This document shows positions 16,833 to 27,229 of a stretch of 64,000 nt of DNA, piece after piece. The position numbers and the translations under genes were made by a program. The notes under the pieces were generated by a model. The model saw nothing but the letters and a program-made list of their open reading frames with translations. It searched no databases and had not been told where the DNA came from. Origin of the DNA: Tepidisphaera sp. (GTDB lineage Bacteria; Planctomycetota; Phycisphaerae; Phycisphaerales; UBA1924); assembly GCA_050916045.1 (NCBI GenBank), contig CP051526.1, forward strand, positions 3,392,001 to 3,456,000, in the 5' to 3' direction. Position 1 is the first letter of the stretch; the number at the start of each line of letters is the position of its first letter.

Positions 16833-19523
16833 ATGCCGATGTGCGCACCAAGCGTTCTCTTCGCCACAGTCGTCGCCGCGGCGGTCGTCTGCTCAGGCTT
16901 CACCAGTCAGGCGGCGGCGCAGTGCGCCCGGTGGCTGCCGGGTCCGATGGGCGAGGTCGTCCAGGGAACCGACGGATTCATCGGCTGCGCGGTCTTGTGG
17001 GACCCGGACGGTGCCGGACCGCTCCCGACCTACACCGTCGTGGGCGGGCAGTTCAGCGCCGTCGGGGGCGTGCCAGCACGGAATCTCGCCGCGTGGGACG
17101 GGCAACGCTGGCAACCGCTGGGAGCGGGCACCGACGGCTTCGTGCGCACCTTGGCGGTCCATCAGAACGACCTGTACGTCGGCGGCCAGTTTGCAAGCAT
17201 CGGACCGCTCCAGACCCGCAACATCGCCAAGCTCCGCAACGGGCCCGGGGGTACGTGGGAAGCACTTGGGAGCGGCTTGTACCTGAACGGGTTCGGGGAC
17301 TCGCAGGCGGTTGACGCGCTGTGCGTGTTCAATAATCAGATCTATGCTGGCGGCACCTTCGCCTACCGAGACGCGAACCAGAGCAATCGCGGCTCGCTGG
17401 CGGCTTGGAACGGCGCCGCGTGGTCAACCCCTTCGGGCCTCCGCCCCGCGCTCGACAACGGCGACACCTTGACGGTGGTCGTGCGGACGCTCACGGTCTA
17501 CAACAATGAACTGATCGCGGGCGGCGGGTTCGCGCTGCAATCGGCCGGACCGCCGATCAATCTCGCCGCGTTCAACGGGGCATCATGGCGCGCCCTCGGC
17601 GGCCCCGCCGCGCGACGCAACGACCGATGGCCCGTCTTTGTCTCAACCACGCACGGCGGGGACCTGGTGATCGCCGGCGACATCGTGAGCGTGGCCGGCG
17701 TGCCGGTCAATCGCATCGCGGCGTGGAACGGGTCCTCCTGGAGGGCACTTGGAACCGGCATTGAAGTCCCGTACAGCGTGCGCTCGCTGTGTTCCTTCCA
17801 GGGGCAGTTGGTCGTCGGAGGCGCGATCCCTTTCGCGGGTGGAGTGCCGGTGAGCAACCTTGCGGCATGGAACGGATCGGCGTGGTCCTCGTACGCGGGG
17901 GGCGTCGGCGCGGACAACTTTTTTGCGACCGTGTACGCGCTGCTCCCGATGCCGGACGGGCTGCTCGTGGGCGGATCGTTCGACACGGCGGGCGTGCGTG
18001 ACGCGAATCTTCGCACACCCGCGCTCAGCCTCGCTCGCTGGACCGGCGCAGCCTGGAACCGCTATGAGGGCGCGGCTTCGATCTTCTCGATGGCAAGCCT
18101 GGGCGGCACGGCCATCGGCGGCGGGTCCTTCGCCGGCCTGGACTCCGCCGGCGACCGCGTCGCTCACCTCGTGCGATGGGATGGAGCGTCGACATCCGCG
18201 TTCGGTTCGGGCGTGAATGGCCCGGTCCGAGCGCTCAAATCGTTCAGCCCCGATCCGCTGACGCGGAATCTCGTCGTCGGCGGCGAGTTCACCACGGCCG
18301 GGGGCCTTTCCGCGGCCCGGATCGCTCAGTGGACCGAGTCGGACATCCTCGGCACTCGCGAGTGGAACACGATGGGGACGGGATTCAACCTTCCTGTCCG
18401 CGCGATCGAGCGATTCAACAGCGTGATCTACGCCTCGGGCGATTTCACGGCGTCGGGGGACAACGCCACCGCGTACAACCGCGTCGCTCGCTGGGATTCG
18501 GTCAACCGTCGCTGGCTTGCGCTGAGCGGCACGGACCTCAACGGCCCGTGCTACGCGCTCAAGGTCTTCAACGGTTCGCTCTACGCTGGCGGCGCGTTCA
18601 CCTCGGCCAACGGACAGGCGTCCGGGGGGCTTGCCCGCTGGAACGGCACGTCGTGGTCGACCGTCGGGGGCTTCTTTCTGGGCACGGTTCATGCACTCGA
18701 GCTGTTTCGCGGCGAGCTCGTCATCAGCGGGCAGTTCGCGGGCCTTCCGGGTTCACCGAACGTCGCTCGCTACAACGGAGCGTCGTACGCGGCGATGACC
18801 GGCGGGACCAACGACATCGTGCGGGCCCTCGCGGTCGGGCCCGATGGCAATCTGTACCTGGCTGGAGACTTCACGCAAGCCGGCGGCGCTCCGGCGAGCC
18901 GGGTCGCGATGTGGACCGGGTCCGCGTGGGCGAACGTCAACGGCGTGGACGGGCCGGTCCACGCCCTGCTCGCCCATCGGGCTGAGGTGCAGGTCGGCGG
19001 CGCCTTCGCGAACACCCTCGCTCCCGCCCAGCGTTCGACGGGCTGGGCGCGGTTCAACCCCACCGGCGCCCCCTGGGTCGCGAGCGGGCCGGTTCGGTCG
19101 GGCCCCGCGTGCACGGGCGGGATCGTCGCGTTCGACGTGACGCCCGCGGCCGGGTACGCGGTGACCTACCAGTGGCGGCGGAACGGCGTCGCGATCGCGG
19201 CGGGCCGTATGGCTGGCGGGACCCTCGCGGCGGGCGTCACCACCGCCCGACTGACCCTCTCCGAAGTTCGCGCCGCGGACAACGGCACCCTCACCTGCCT
19301 GATCACCAACGCGTGCGGGAGCATCGAGAGCCCGGCGGTCGGCTTTTCCACGTGCGGCCCCGACGTCAACTGCGACGGGTTCATCGACTTCTTCGACTAC
19401 GACGAGTTCGTCGCCGCGTTTGAGTCGGGCGCGCCCGTCCGCATCGCGGACTACAACGGCGACGGCTTCATCGATTTCTTCGACTACGCGGATTTCGTCG
19501 CGGCGTTCGAGGCGGGCTGCTAG
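16833..19523 (+). CDS. Secreted beta-propeller repeat protein plus Ig-like domain with GC-type dockerin tail
   Basis: Many LxVGGxF..IAxWNGxxWxxLG repeats, YQWRRNG Ig motif, terminal DFFDYADFVAAFEAGC. GGAGGA RBS. Confidence 0.8.
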   Translation: MPMCAPSVLFATVVAAAVVCSGFTSQAAAQCARWLPGPMGEVVQGTDGFIGCAVLWDPDGAGPLPTYTVVGGQFSAVGGVPARNLAAWDGQRWQPLGAGTDGFVRTLAVHQNDLYVGGQFASIGPLQTRNIAKLRNGPGGTWEALGSGLYLNGFGDSQAVDALCVFNNQIYAGGTFAYRDANQSNRGSLAAWNGAAWSTPSGLRPALDNGDTLTVVVRTLTVYNNELIAGGGFALQSAGPPINLAAFNGASWRALGGPAARRNDRWPVFVSTTHGGDLVIAGDIVSVAGVPVNRIAAWNGSSWRALGTGIEVPYSVRSLCSFQGQLVVGGAIPFAGGVPVSNLAAWNGSAWSSYAGGVGADNFFATVYALLPMPDGLLVGGSFDTAGVRDANLRTPALSLARWTGAAWNRYEGAASIFSMASLGGTAIGGGSFAGLDSAGDRVAHLVRWDGASTSAFGSGVNGPVRALKSFSPDPLTRNLVVGGEFTTAGGLSAARIAQWTESDILGTREWNTMGTGFNLPVRAIERFNSVIYASGDFTASGDNATAYNRVARWDSVNRRWLALSGTDLNGPCYALKVFNGSLYAGGAFTSANGQASGGLARWNGTSWSTVGGFFLGTVHALELFRGELVISGQFAGLPGSPNVARYNGASYAAMTGGTNDIVRALAVGPDGNLYLAGDFTQAGGAPASRVAMWTGSAWANVNGVDGPVHALLAHRAEVQVGGAFANTLAPAQRSTGWARFNPTGAPWVASGPVRSGPACTGGIVAFDVTPAAGYAVTYQWRRNGVAIAAGRMAGGTLAAGVTTARLTLSEVRAADNGTLTCLITNACGSIESPAVGFSTCGPDVNCDGFIDFFDYDEFVAAFESGAPVRIADYNGDGFIDFFDYADFVAAFEAGC

Positions 19524-20557
19524 GCGATCGTCGCCCGTACCACCACCAGCGAGGTTGCACTGATCAGCACCCAGAGCGTGACGCCGAGCACGAGCGCTTT
19601 CCAGCCGACGGACTTCATCGCTTTCTTCGAGATCCCAAGCCCGATCAGGAAGAGGGCGAACGCCATCCCGTGACCGGCGGCGGGTCTGAGGTAGTCGGTG
19701 TGGTAAGGCTTGATCTGCGGGATCAGCGTGCAGACCGCGCTGGCGACGATGAACAGCAGGATGAACAGGGGCACCGGGAACTTCTCCCAGAGGGTCTTGG
19801 GCTTGACCGTGACGCCCGGCGTTTCGACGGTGCCTCGCCCGATCCACCATCCCGCCGCCATGCAGATCGGCGCGATCCACAGGGCGCGCGACAGCTTGAC
19901 CGCGGTAGCGATCGTCCACGCGTCGGTGCCCGAAGCCATGTCCGGAGTCGGCGGGTGGGCGTCGACGAATGTCTTGGCCGCCCCCACCACGCTCGACACG
20001 TCATGGATGCTGATGGCGCACCAGGTGCCGAACTGTGCGTGGGACATCTGCATGAGGTCGCCAAGCCAGGGGAGCACGTAAAGACCGGCTGCGTTGAGCA
20101 GAAAGACCGTCCCGGTCGCCACGGCGATTTCAGCCGGAGCCGCGACGATCACGGTGGAAACCGCGGCGATCGCCGAGCCCCCGCAGATCGCTGTGCCTGA
20201 CGCCATGAGGGTGGTGAGCTTCCCGGGAAGCTTCAGCAGACGTCCGAGAGCAAACCCCGCAGCGAACGTCAGAATGATCGTGCCCGCAGCGAACACGATT
20301 CCCGTGCTCCCCGCGTGGGCGAGGTCCCGCAGGTTCATCCCAAGTCCCATCACCACCACGCACGTCTGCATCACCACCTTGGAGAGCGTCTTGGTCCAAG
20401 GGAGCAGCGAAGCGTCAGCGACACCGATCAGGGCCAAGGCGATACCCAGCGGCAGCATGATGTCCGCCCGCCCCAGCGGCGTCAGGCACGCGGCCGCTCC
20501 GAGAACCACAAGCGTCGTCGCGATCGACTTCTTCTGATGGGGTGCCGCCGAAATCAT
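19520..20557 (-). CDS. YeiH/UPF0324 family putative sulfate exporter membrane protein
   Basis: GTAICGGSAIAA, SIHDVSSVVGA, ATAVKLSRALW motifs. Multiple TM helices. Confidence 0.9.
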   Translation of the reverse strand: MISAAPHQKKSIATTLVVLGAAACLTPLGRADIMLPLGIALALIGVADASLLPWTKTLSKVVMQTCVVVMGLGMNLRDLAHAGSTGIVFAAGTIILTFAAGFALGRLLKLPGKLTTLMASGTAICGGSAIAAVSTVIVAAPAEIAVATGTVFLLNAAGLYVLPWLGDLMQMSHAQFGTWCAISIHDVSSVVGAAKTFVDAHPPTPDMASGTDAWTIATAVKLSRALWIAPICMAAGWWIGRGTVETPGVTVKPKTLWEKFPVPLFILLFIVASAVCTLIPQIKPYHTDYLRPAAGHGMAFALFLIGLGISKKAMKSVGWKALVLGVTLWVLISATSLVVVRATIA

Positions 20558-20627
20558 GCCGCTCCGTTCATCCCTGTGCGTCCATCCTGATTCGATCGCC
20601 CGAACGGTCCAAGCGTACCCTCACGCC

Positions 20628-21863
20628 ATGACTGCCGCGCTCCCCGCCCGCTCACCCTTCGCGTCGCACTGGGCTCACGATCCAGGCATCGTCTTCCTCA
20701 ACCACGGCAGCTTCGGAGCGACCCCCCGCGTCGTGCTCGAAGCCCAGAACGCCCTGCGGGCCAGGCTCGAAGCCGAACCCGTCGCCTTCTTCGTCGAGCA
20801 CATAACCGGTCTGATCGACGCCTCCCGCGCGGCGCTGGGCCAGATGCTCGGAGCCGATCCGGCGTGCATCGCGCCGGTGCCCAACGCGACCGTCGGCGTC
20901 GCGACCGTCCTCCACAACCTCAAGCTCGCTCCCGGAGACGAGATCCTCATCAACGATCACGAGTACCCCGCCTGCTGCAACAACGCCCGCCATGTCGCGG
21001 CGATGCGCGGTGCCAAGGTCGTCTCCGCCGAGCTTCCGTTTCCCATGCCGTCGCCGGAAGCGATCGTCGAAGCGATCATGGCAAAGGTGACGGCACGGAC
21101 CCGCGTCGTGATGATCTCGCACGTGACGAGTTCCTCCGGCGCGATCCTGCCGATCGAGCGTCTGATCCCCGAGCTGCACCGTCGCGGCATCGAAACCCTC
21201 ATCGACGGCGCCCACGCGCCGGGGTTCACGCCTTTCAATCTCTCCGCGCTCAAGCCCACGTACTACACCGCCAACTGCCACAAGTGGATCTGCTCCCCCA
21301 AGGGCTCGGCGTTCCTGTACGTCGACCCCGCGAAACGCGAGGGCTTCCGGCCCATCGTGCTCTCGAACAACGCCGAGAAACCCAAACCGGGGCGGTCGCA
21401 GTTCCTCACCGAGTTTGACTACGTCGGCACGACCGATCAGACGGCTTTCCTCGCCATCCCCGACGCGATCCGCTTCATGAGCGGTCTCTTGCGGGGCGGC
21501 TGGTCGGAGCTGATGGCTTCCAACCGCGCGCTGCTTCTGGAGGGCCGTCGCATCCTCTGCGATGCGCTGGGCATCACGCCCCCGATCCCCGAGTCGATGC
21601 TCGGCTGCCTCTGCACGATGCCGCTTCCGTCGCACGCTCCGGACGTCCAAGCCCGTGTGCTCGCCCGTCCGAGCCCGCGCGGATATCACGACGCGATGCA
21701 GGACATCCTGCTCGAAAAGTGGAAGATTCAGGTCCCGCTGTGGAACGTCGCCGGAAAGACCCGAGTCTTCCGCATCAGCGCCCAGATCTACAACACCCGC
21801 GAGCAGTACGAATACCTCGCCCGCGCCCTCCGTGAGGAACTGGCGGCCGAAGCCAAGCTCTGA
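20628..21863 (+). CDS. Class V PLP-dependent aminotransferase (isopenicillin N epimerase / cysteine lyase-like)
   Basis: FLNHGSFGATP, IDGAHAPG, NCHKW(I)CSPKG, RISAQIYN. Confidence 0.9.
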   Translation: MTAALPARSPFASHWAHDPGIVFLNHGSFGATPRVVLEAQNALRARLEAEPVAFFVEHITGLIDASRAALGQMLGADPACIAPVPNATVGVATVLHNLKLAPGDEILINDHEYPACCNNARHVAAMRGAKVVSAELPFPMPSPEAIVEAIMAKVTARTRVVMISHVTSSSGAILPIERLIPELHRRGIETLIDGAHAPGFTPFNLSALKPTYYTANCHKWICSPKGSAFLYVDPAKREGFRPIVLSNNAEKPKPGRSQFLTEFDYVGTTDQTAFLAIPDAIRFMSGLLRGGWSELMASNRALLLEGRRILCDALGITPPIPESMLGCLCTMPLPSHAPDVQARVLARPSPRGYHDAMQDILLEKWKIQVPLWNVAGKTRVFRISAQIYNTREQYEYLARALREELAAEAKL

Positions 21864-21872
21864 TCGACCGGA

Positions 21873-22982
21873 TCACCGCGGCGGGAACGGCGGCGGAGTC
21901 GCTCCGAACACCGTCGAAAGCTCGCCCACCGACGCGGCGGGTGTCCAGGAAGCCATCCCCTGCTTCCAGACCAGCGATTCGCGCGTGATCTGGCCCCGTG
22001 AAGCCATCTGGGTCAGGGTCGCGACATCGAACGGACCGGCTTGCTTGCCGTCGATGCCCACGAAGAACTGCACCGCCCCGCTCGCGGGCATCGGGGGAGG
22101 CGCCGCCCCGGCCGCTCCCATCTGCGCGCCCATCTGGCTCGCCATCTGCTGGCCCATCGCAAAGCCAGCGCCCATCCCGAGGGTCTGGCCCATGACGCCG
22201 CCCGCGCCAGAATTGGGGTTGCCCATCGCCTGAGCGGCGTTGAACTGCATGTACTTGCTCATGTCGCCCACGATGCCCATGCTCGTGCGCTGGTCGAGCA
22301 CCTTCTCGACTTCCGGCGGAAGCGAGATGTTCTCCACGTTGAAGGCGGTGATCTCAAGGCCGTACTCGGCGATCGACGGGGAGATCCGGTCCTTGATGAA
22401 CTTGCCGAGTTCGTTGTAGTTCGCGGCCATGTCCAACGCGGCCATCTTGCTCTCGCCAAGCACGTCCGCGAACTGGCTGACGATCAGGTTCCGAAGCTGC
22501 TCGGTGATGCCGTCGGTCGTGAACCGGGCGTTGGTCCCGACGATCTGCTTCACGAACGCCGTCGGGTCCGCGATGCGGAAGGCGTACGTGCCAAAAGCCC
22601 GCAAGCGGAGGGGCCCGAACTCGGGGTCGCGGAGCATGATGGGGTTCATCGTGCCCCACTTGTTGTCGGTGAACTGCCGCAGGTTGACGAAGTAGACCTC
22701 GGCTTTGAAGGGGCTCTCGAACCCGTACTTCCATCCCTTGAGCGTCGAGAGGAGGGGCAGGTTCTGCGTGCGAAGGTCGAAGGTGCCGGGCAGCTTGAAG
22801 ATGTCGGCGATCTGCCCCTCGTTGACGAAGACGGCGGCCTGGCTCTCGCGAACGATGAGCTTGGCTCCGTTCTTGATCTCGTTGTTGTGGCGCTCGAACC
22901 GGTAGACGAGCGTGTTGGACGTGCGATCAAGCCACTCGACGATGTCGATCAGTTCGCCCGTGAGTTTCTTCCAGATATCCAT
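21873..22982 (-). CDS. SPFH domain protein with C-terminal GYF_2 (DUF4339) domain
   Basis: IKNGAKLIVRESQ, GWKYGFESPFKAEVYF, terminal GKQAGPF..LVWKQGMASW. GAGGAGG RBS. Confidence 0.9.
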   Translation of the reverse strand: MDIWKKLTGELIDIVEWLDRTSNTLVYRFERHNNEIKNGAKLIVRESQAAVFVNEGQIADIFKLPGTFDLRTQNLPLLSTLKGWKYGFESPFKAEVYFVNLRQFTDNKWGTMNPIMLRDPEFGPLRLRAFGTYAFRIADPTAFVKQIVGTNARFTTDGITEQLRNLIVSQFADVLGESKMAALDMAANYNELGKFIKDRISPSIAEYGLEITAFNVENISLPPEVEKVLDQRTSMGIVGDMSKYMQFNAAQAMGNPNSGAGGVMGQTLGMGAGFAMGQQMASQMGAQMGAAGAAPPPMPASGAVQFFVGIDGKQAGPFDVATLTQMASRGQITRESLVWKQGMASWTPAASVGELSTVFGATPPPFPPR

Positions 22983-23272
22983 CGGTCGCCTCCTCTGCCC
23001 GATTGCGCGGCGTCCATTCTACGTCGCGACGGACTCCCCTGACGGTTCCCTATCGATCGGCCCCCGGCTTGCTGAAACACCCAGAAAGCCACAGAAACAC
23101 ACGCGCATCTCTCGGAACCCGGACCTCCCGGTTTCAACAACCAGCCCCGCCGGCGAGCGTCCAATCCGCCGTACCTGTTGGCGCGGTATCTTTCGGCTAC
23201 GCTGTGCGCGTGCCGACCGCTCGTGTCGGGCGGCCCCCGCCAATCCACGGAGCATCTCAGATGGGTATCCCG

Positions 23273-24313
23273 ATGTCACGCCGTCTCTTCTCGCTCGCCG
23301 CTCTCGCGTTTGCCGCCGGCACCGCGCTGGGTGCCGACACCACCCCCGCAACCGCCTCAAAGGGCTACGAGTTCGGCGTCATCGCCAAGAGCCAGAGCAA
23401 CCCCGTCTTCCAGGCCGCCCGCACCGGCGCCATGGACGCCGCCGCCGACCTCTCCAAGAAGCACGGCATCGAGATCAAGGTCATCTGGCAGACCCCTGTC
23501 AACGAGGACGCCCAGCAGCAGGCTCAGTACATCGAGCAGCTCGCAAGCCTCGGCGTTGACGGCATCGCCATCTCCTGCACCGACGCCAACGTCCTGACCA
23601 AACCCATCGACGGCGCCGTCGGCAAAGGTGTCCAGGTCGTGACCTTCGACTCCGACGCCCCCAAAAGCAAACGCTTCGCCTACTACGGCATCGACGACGT
23701 CGAAGCCGGCAAAAAGCTGATGGATGAACTCGCCAAAGCCATGGGTGGCAAGGGCGGCCAGATCGCCATCCTCGCCGGAAACCAGAGCGCGCCGAACCTC
23801 CAGGCCCGCGTCAAGGGCGTCAAGGACCAGATCGAGAAGCTCAAGGACAAGGGCTTCACCCTCAAGGAGGTCTACTACCACGAAGAGACCCCCGGCAAAG
23901 CCGCCGCCAAAGTCCAGGAAGTCCAGACCGCCAACCCCGACATCGCCGGTTGGGCCATGGTCGGCGGCTGGCCCCTCTTCACCAAGGGCGCCCTCGAAGG
24001 CGTTTACGACAAAGCCAAGGTCGCCGCGGTCGACGCCCTCCCCGAGCAGATCGAGTACGTCAAGTCCGGCCAGGTCCAGGCCCTCGTCGTCCAGGATTGC
24101 TACGGCTGGGGCTACAAGAGCGTCGAGATGCTCTTCGACAAGGTCCACAACGGCAAGAACCCCGAGAAGGTGATCAACGCCTTCGAACTCAAGGTCTGCA
24201 CCCAGGCCAACGCTTCGGAGTACGAGGGCCTCTGGAAGAAGTGGCTCGCCAAGAAGGACGACAAGAAGGAAGAGAAGAAGGACGACGCCAAGCCCGCGTC
24301 CGACAAGAAGTAA
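23273..24313 (+). CDS. Sugar ABC transporter periplasmic substrate-binding protein (RbsB-like)
   Basis: Signal peptide, NPVF..GA.DAA, GVDGIAIS, VVTFDSD, QDCYGWGY. Confidence 0.9.
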   Translation: MSRRLFSLAALAFAAGTALGADTTPATASKGYEFGVIAKSQSNPVFQAARTGAMDAAADLSKKHGIEIKVIWQTPVNEDAQQQAQYIEQLASLGVDGIAISCTDANVLTKPIDGAVGKGVQVVTFDSDAPKSKRFAYYGIDDVEAGKKLMDELAKAMGGKGGQIAILAGNQSAPNLQARVKGVKDQIEKLKDKGFTLKEVYYHEETPGKAAAKVQEVQTANPDIAGWAMVGGWPLFTKGALEGVYDKAKVAAVDALPEQIEYVKSGQVQALVVQDCYGWGYKSVEMLFDKVHNGKNPEKVINAFELKVCTQANASEYEGLWKKWLAKKDDKKEEKKDDAKPASDKK

Positions 24314-24337
24314 CCACCCCCTGAAACGCCTTTCCAC

Positions 24338-24374
24338 GAACGGGACGCTCTCGCGAGCGTCCCGTTCTTTCTTT
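24338..24374 (+). terminator. Intrinsic terminator between the binding-protein and ATPase genes
   Basis: GAACGGGACGCTC-TCGC-GAGCGTCCCGTTC followed by TTTCTTT. Confidence 0.8.
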
Positions 24375-24408
24375 CCCGGCCCCGCCCGTTCCCGGTACCA
24401 TACCGGCG

Positions 24409-26058
24409 ATGACCACCGACCCTTCCACCTCCACGCCCGCTTCGCTCCCGGTCCTCCTGACGGCCGAGCACATCTCCAAGCGATTCGGCGTCACGCAGGC
24501 TCTCGACGACGTCTCCGCCACCTTCCTCAAAGGCGAGGTCCACGCCCTCATGGGCGAGAACGGAGCGGGCAAGAGCACCCTCGGCAAGGTCATCGCAGGC
24601 CTTCACCGCCAGGACACCGGCACCGTCACGATCATCCAGAATGGCGTAGCTCGCATCCTGGCGCCCGGCTCAATCGACGACGCTTTCAGCGCCGGCGTCC
24701 GCATCGTCCATCAAGAGCTCGCCCAGTGCCCCCAGCTCTCCGTCGCCGAAAACCTCTGCTTGCACGACCTGCCCACCCGCGCCGGCCTCCTCGACCGCCG
24801 CACCATGAACGACCGGGCCGCCAAGCTCGTCCACCAGCTCGACCCCTCGATCGACGTGCAGGCCCCGCTCGGCTCGCTTGCCCCGGGCCGCCGACAGATC
24901 TGCCAGATCGCCGCAAGCCTCGACGACCGCTCCGCCGATGCTCACGGGGGTGGGAGCGGATCGGGCCCCAGCCTCATCGTCTTCGACGAACCCACAAGCT
25001 CTCTCTCCGTCGCCGAAGCCGACCGCCTCATGGAGATCACCAAAGCCCTCGCCGCCCGCGGCCTCACCATCGTCTATGTCAGCCACCGTATGGGCGAGAT
25101 CTTCCAGGTCTGCGACCGCGTCACCGTCCTCCGCGATGGCAAGTTCGTCGCCACTTCCCCCGTCAAGCAGCTCACCGAAGCAGACCTCGTCGAACAAATG
25201 ATCGGTCGCCGCCTCACCACCCCCGCGGGCCGGATCCGCTCCGGCGGTGATGCCGAAGCCGCCGCGATCAAATCCGAAAGCGGCGACCACCACCACGGAC
25301 AGTTCGCCACCCCAGGCAAGGTCGTCCTCGAGGTCTCGCGCATCTCCTCACCCGGCAAGCTCCGCGATGTTTCCCTCAACGTCCGCGCCGGCGAGATCGT
25401 CGGCCTGGGCGGCCTCGTGGGCGCGGGCCGCTCGGAGCTTCTGGACGCGATCTTCGGCCTTGACGCAAACTCGCGTGGCACGGTGACGATCGACGGCGTC
25501 GAGACCAACCGCACGGGACCTCGCGACTCGATCTCGCGCGGCATGGGCTACGTCCCCGAGGACCGGCGCTTGCAAGGCCTCTTCTTCCAGCTCGGCGTCG
25601 GCGAGAACATCGTCATGCCGTTCATGCAGAAGCTCGCCGTGCTCCTCGGCGTCCGCTCGCTCGGCTCGGAGAAGAACCTGATCGCCGACAAGTTCACCGA
25701 GTTCCGCGTGAAAGCCGCGAGCCAAGCTTCGCTCCCCGGCGAGCTTTCCGGCGGCAACCAGCAGAAACTCCTCATCGCCCGCTGGATGGGCAAGGAGACC
25801 AAGGTCCTCCTCCTCGACGAACCCACGCGAGGCATCGACGTCGGCACCAAAGCCGAGGTCTACAAGCTCATCCACGCCGCCGCCGACCGCGGCATGGCCG
25901 TCCTCCTGGTCTCAAGCGAGATGCCCGAACTCCTCGCCCTCTCCGACCGAGTCCTCGTCATGGCCGGCGGCCGCATCACCGGCGAACTCGCCAGCGACCA
26001 GATGACCCAGACCAACATCCTCAAGCTCGCCACGGTGGACTCGCGAGCGACGGCATAG
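24409..26058 (+). CDS. Sugar ABC transporter ATP-binding protein (RbsA/MglA-like, two NBDs)
   Basis: GENGAGKST, DEPT, LSGGNQQK, DEPTRGIDVG. Confidence 0.93.
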   Translation: MTTDPSTSTPASLPVLLTAEHISKRFGVTQALDDVSATFLKGEVHALMGENGAGKSTLGKVIAGLHRQDTGTVTIIQNGVARILAPGSIDDAFSAGVRIVHQELAQCPQLSVAENLCLHDLPTRAGLLDRRTMNDRAAKLVHQLDPSIDVQAPLGSLAPGRRQICQIAASLDDRSADAHGGGSGSGPSLIVFDEPTSSLSVAEADRLMEITKALAARGLTIVYVSHRMGEIFQVCDRVTVLRDGKFVATSPVKQLTEADLVEQMIGRRLTTPAGRIRSGGDAEAAAIKSESGDHHHGQFATPGKVVLEVSRISSPGKLRDVSLNVRAGEIVGLGGLVGAGRSELLDAIFGLDANSRGTVTIDGVETNRTGPRDSISRGMGYVPEDRRLQGLFFQLGVGENIVMPFMQKLAVLLGVRSLGSEKNLIADKFTEFRVKAASQASLPGELSGGNQQKLLIARWMGKETKVLLLDEPTRGIDVGTKAEVYKLIHAAADRGMAVLLVSSEMPELLALSDRVLVMAGGRITGELASDQMTQTNILKLATVDSRATA

Positions 26059-26115
26059 GGAGATCCCAGCGGAACACAGAGCCACGAGTTTGAGCGAGTA
26101 GTTTGGTCACTTCCA

Positions 26116-26748
26116 ATGTATCGCCACATTGACCCACCCACCACGCTCGACTCTGTCGTCTTCTCCGTCGCGAGCGGGATGGTCTGCGGATCGATCTACG
26201 CGGCGTCTTTGTTCTTCTTGGACTTGTCGATGGGCATGCTCGGCGGTTTGTTTGGCCTATTCGGAGGGCTGCTTCTCTCTCCCATGATCGTTGCCGCGCT
26301 CCGCCAAGGCTCGGTCGAGTACGCGGGATGGATCGCGCTCCTGCCAGCCATGGGCTTCAGTGTGCTGTTCGGACTGATCGGCTTGAACCCGCTGCTTTCA
26401 CTGGTGATTGTTGCCACGTTGTTCGCGGCGTTATGCGTGCTTTCGAGTCGCTTGCACCCGGCGACCAAGCCCATCGACCCCTTCACCTGCGAGAACTGCG
26501 GCTATGACCTCCACGGCGTCAACGACATCACCTGCCCCGAATGCGGCCGAGAACGTATCGTCATGCCCAAGGGTACATCTCTTCCGGGTGCTTCACGGCG
26601 ACTTTCGCAACTCACGACCGAGGCTCATCGCGCTGTGCAGGATCCGGACAATCTCGACGTGGTCGTCACGGACGAAATAGAAGACCAGGAACTTCCCAAA
26701 CCCGACGACCGGCCAACGTCTGAGCCCCCGAAGCGTTCTGGATCTTGA
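26116..26748 (+). CDS. Membrane protein with zinc-ribbon motif; 3' end overlaps the convergent toxin gene
   Basis: About four TM helices, then CENCGYDLHGVNDITCPECG. Confidence 0.65.
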   Translation: MYRHIDPPTTLDSVVFSVASGMVCGSIYAASLFFLDLSMGMLGGLFGLFGGLLLSPMIVAALRQGSVEYAGWIALLPAMGFSVLFGLIGLNPLLSLVIVATLFAALCVLSSRLHPATKPIDPFTCENCGYDLHGVNDITCPECGRERIVMPKGTSLPGASRRLSQLTTEAHRAVQDPDNLDVVVTDEIEDQELPKPDDRPTSEPPKRSGS

Positions 26749-26913
26749 GTTCCAGACCGCACCGATCCCCGGCTGACCCGCCAAAAGCGAGAATGTCTCA
26801 AGCACCCGCTCCGCGAATCGCTCCGCAGTCTCCGGCCGATCCGTCGCGATGAAATCAACATGCCGATCGATGTCCCGCCGGACGAGCGGACGAAGTCGCA
26901 CTTCCAGCGTCAC
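26593..26913 (-). CDS. ParE/RelE family toxin
   Basis: DI..HVDFIA.DRPETAERF, L..QPGIG, LRRWPV.GF.KFLVFY, VEIVRILH. GTG start overlaps the antitoxin stop. Confidence 0.88.
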   Translation of the reverse strand: MTLEVRLRPLVRRDIDRHVDFIATDRPETAERFAERVLETFSLLAGQPGIGAVWNSRSRTLRGLRRWPVVGFGKFLVFYFVRDDHVEIVRILHSAMSLGRELRKSP

Positions 26914-27194
26914 GCCGACTTGCTTCGACCGCTCGCTTTCCTCGTCTGAACGATCCGCTTGGCACTCTTGAGAATGTCGCGACGGGCTGCCGGCGTCAGA
27001 GGCTCCGCCGAGCCGCTTGCCAAGCCCTTCTCAATCTCGGTTTCGATCCACGCCTGCGACGATTCGACACGAGCACGGCGCAGCAGCCTTGCAAACGCCT
27101 CGCCCCGGCTTGGGAACGCCCCCTCCGAAACCTGTCGGTCGAGCCACGCAAGCTCGCGGGCGGGAACATCGAGACGAACCGTCTTCTTCGCCAT
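26910..27194 (-). CDS. ParD-like ribbon-helix-helix antitoxin
   Basis: WLDRQVSEGAFPSRGE and IEKGLASG..EPLT. Directly upstream of the toxin. Confidence 0.82.
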   Translation of the reverse strand: MAKKTVRLDVPARELAWLDRQVSEGAFPSRGEAFARLLRRARVESSQAWIETEIEKGLASGSAEPLTPAARRDILKSAKRIVQTRKASGRSKSA

Positions 27195-27229
27195 GAATCC
27201 ATTGTATCGGCCGGGCCCGGAACTCGCCA

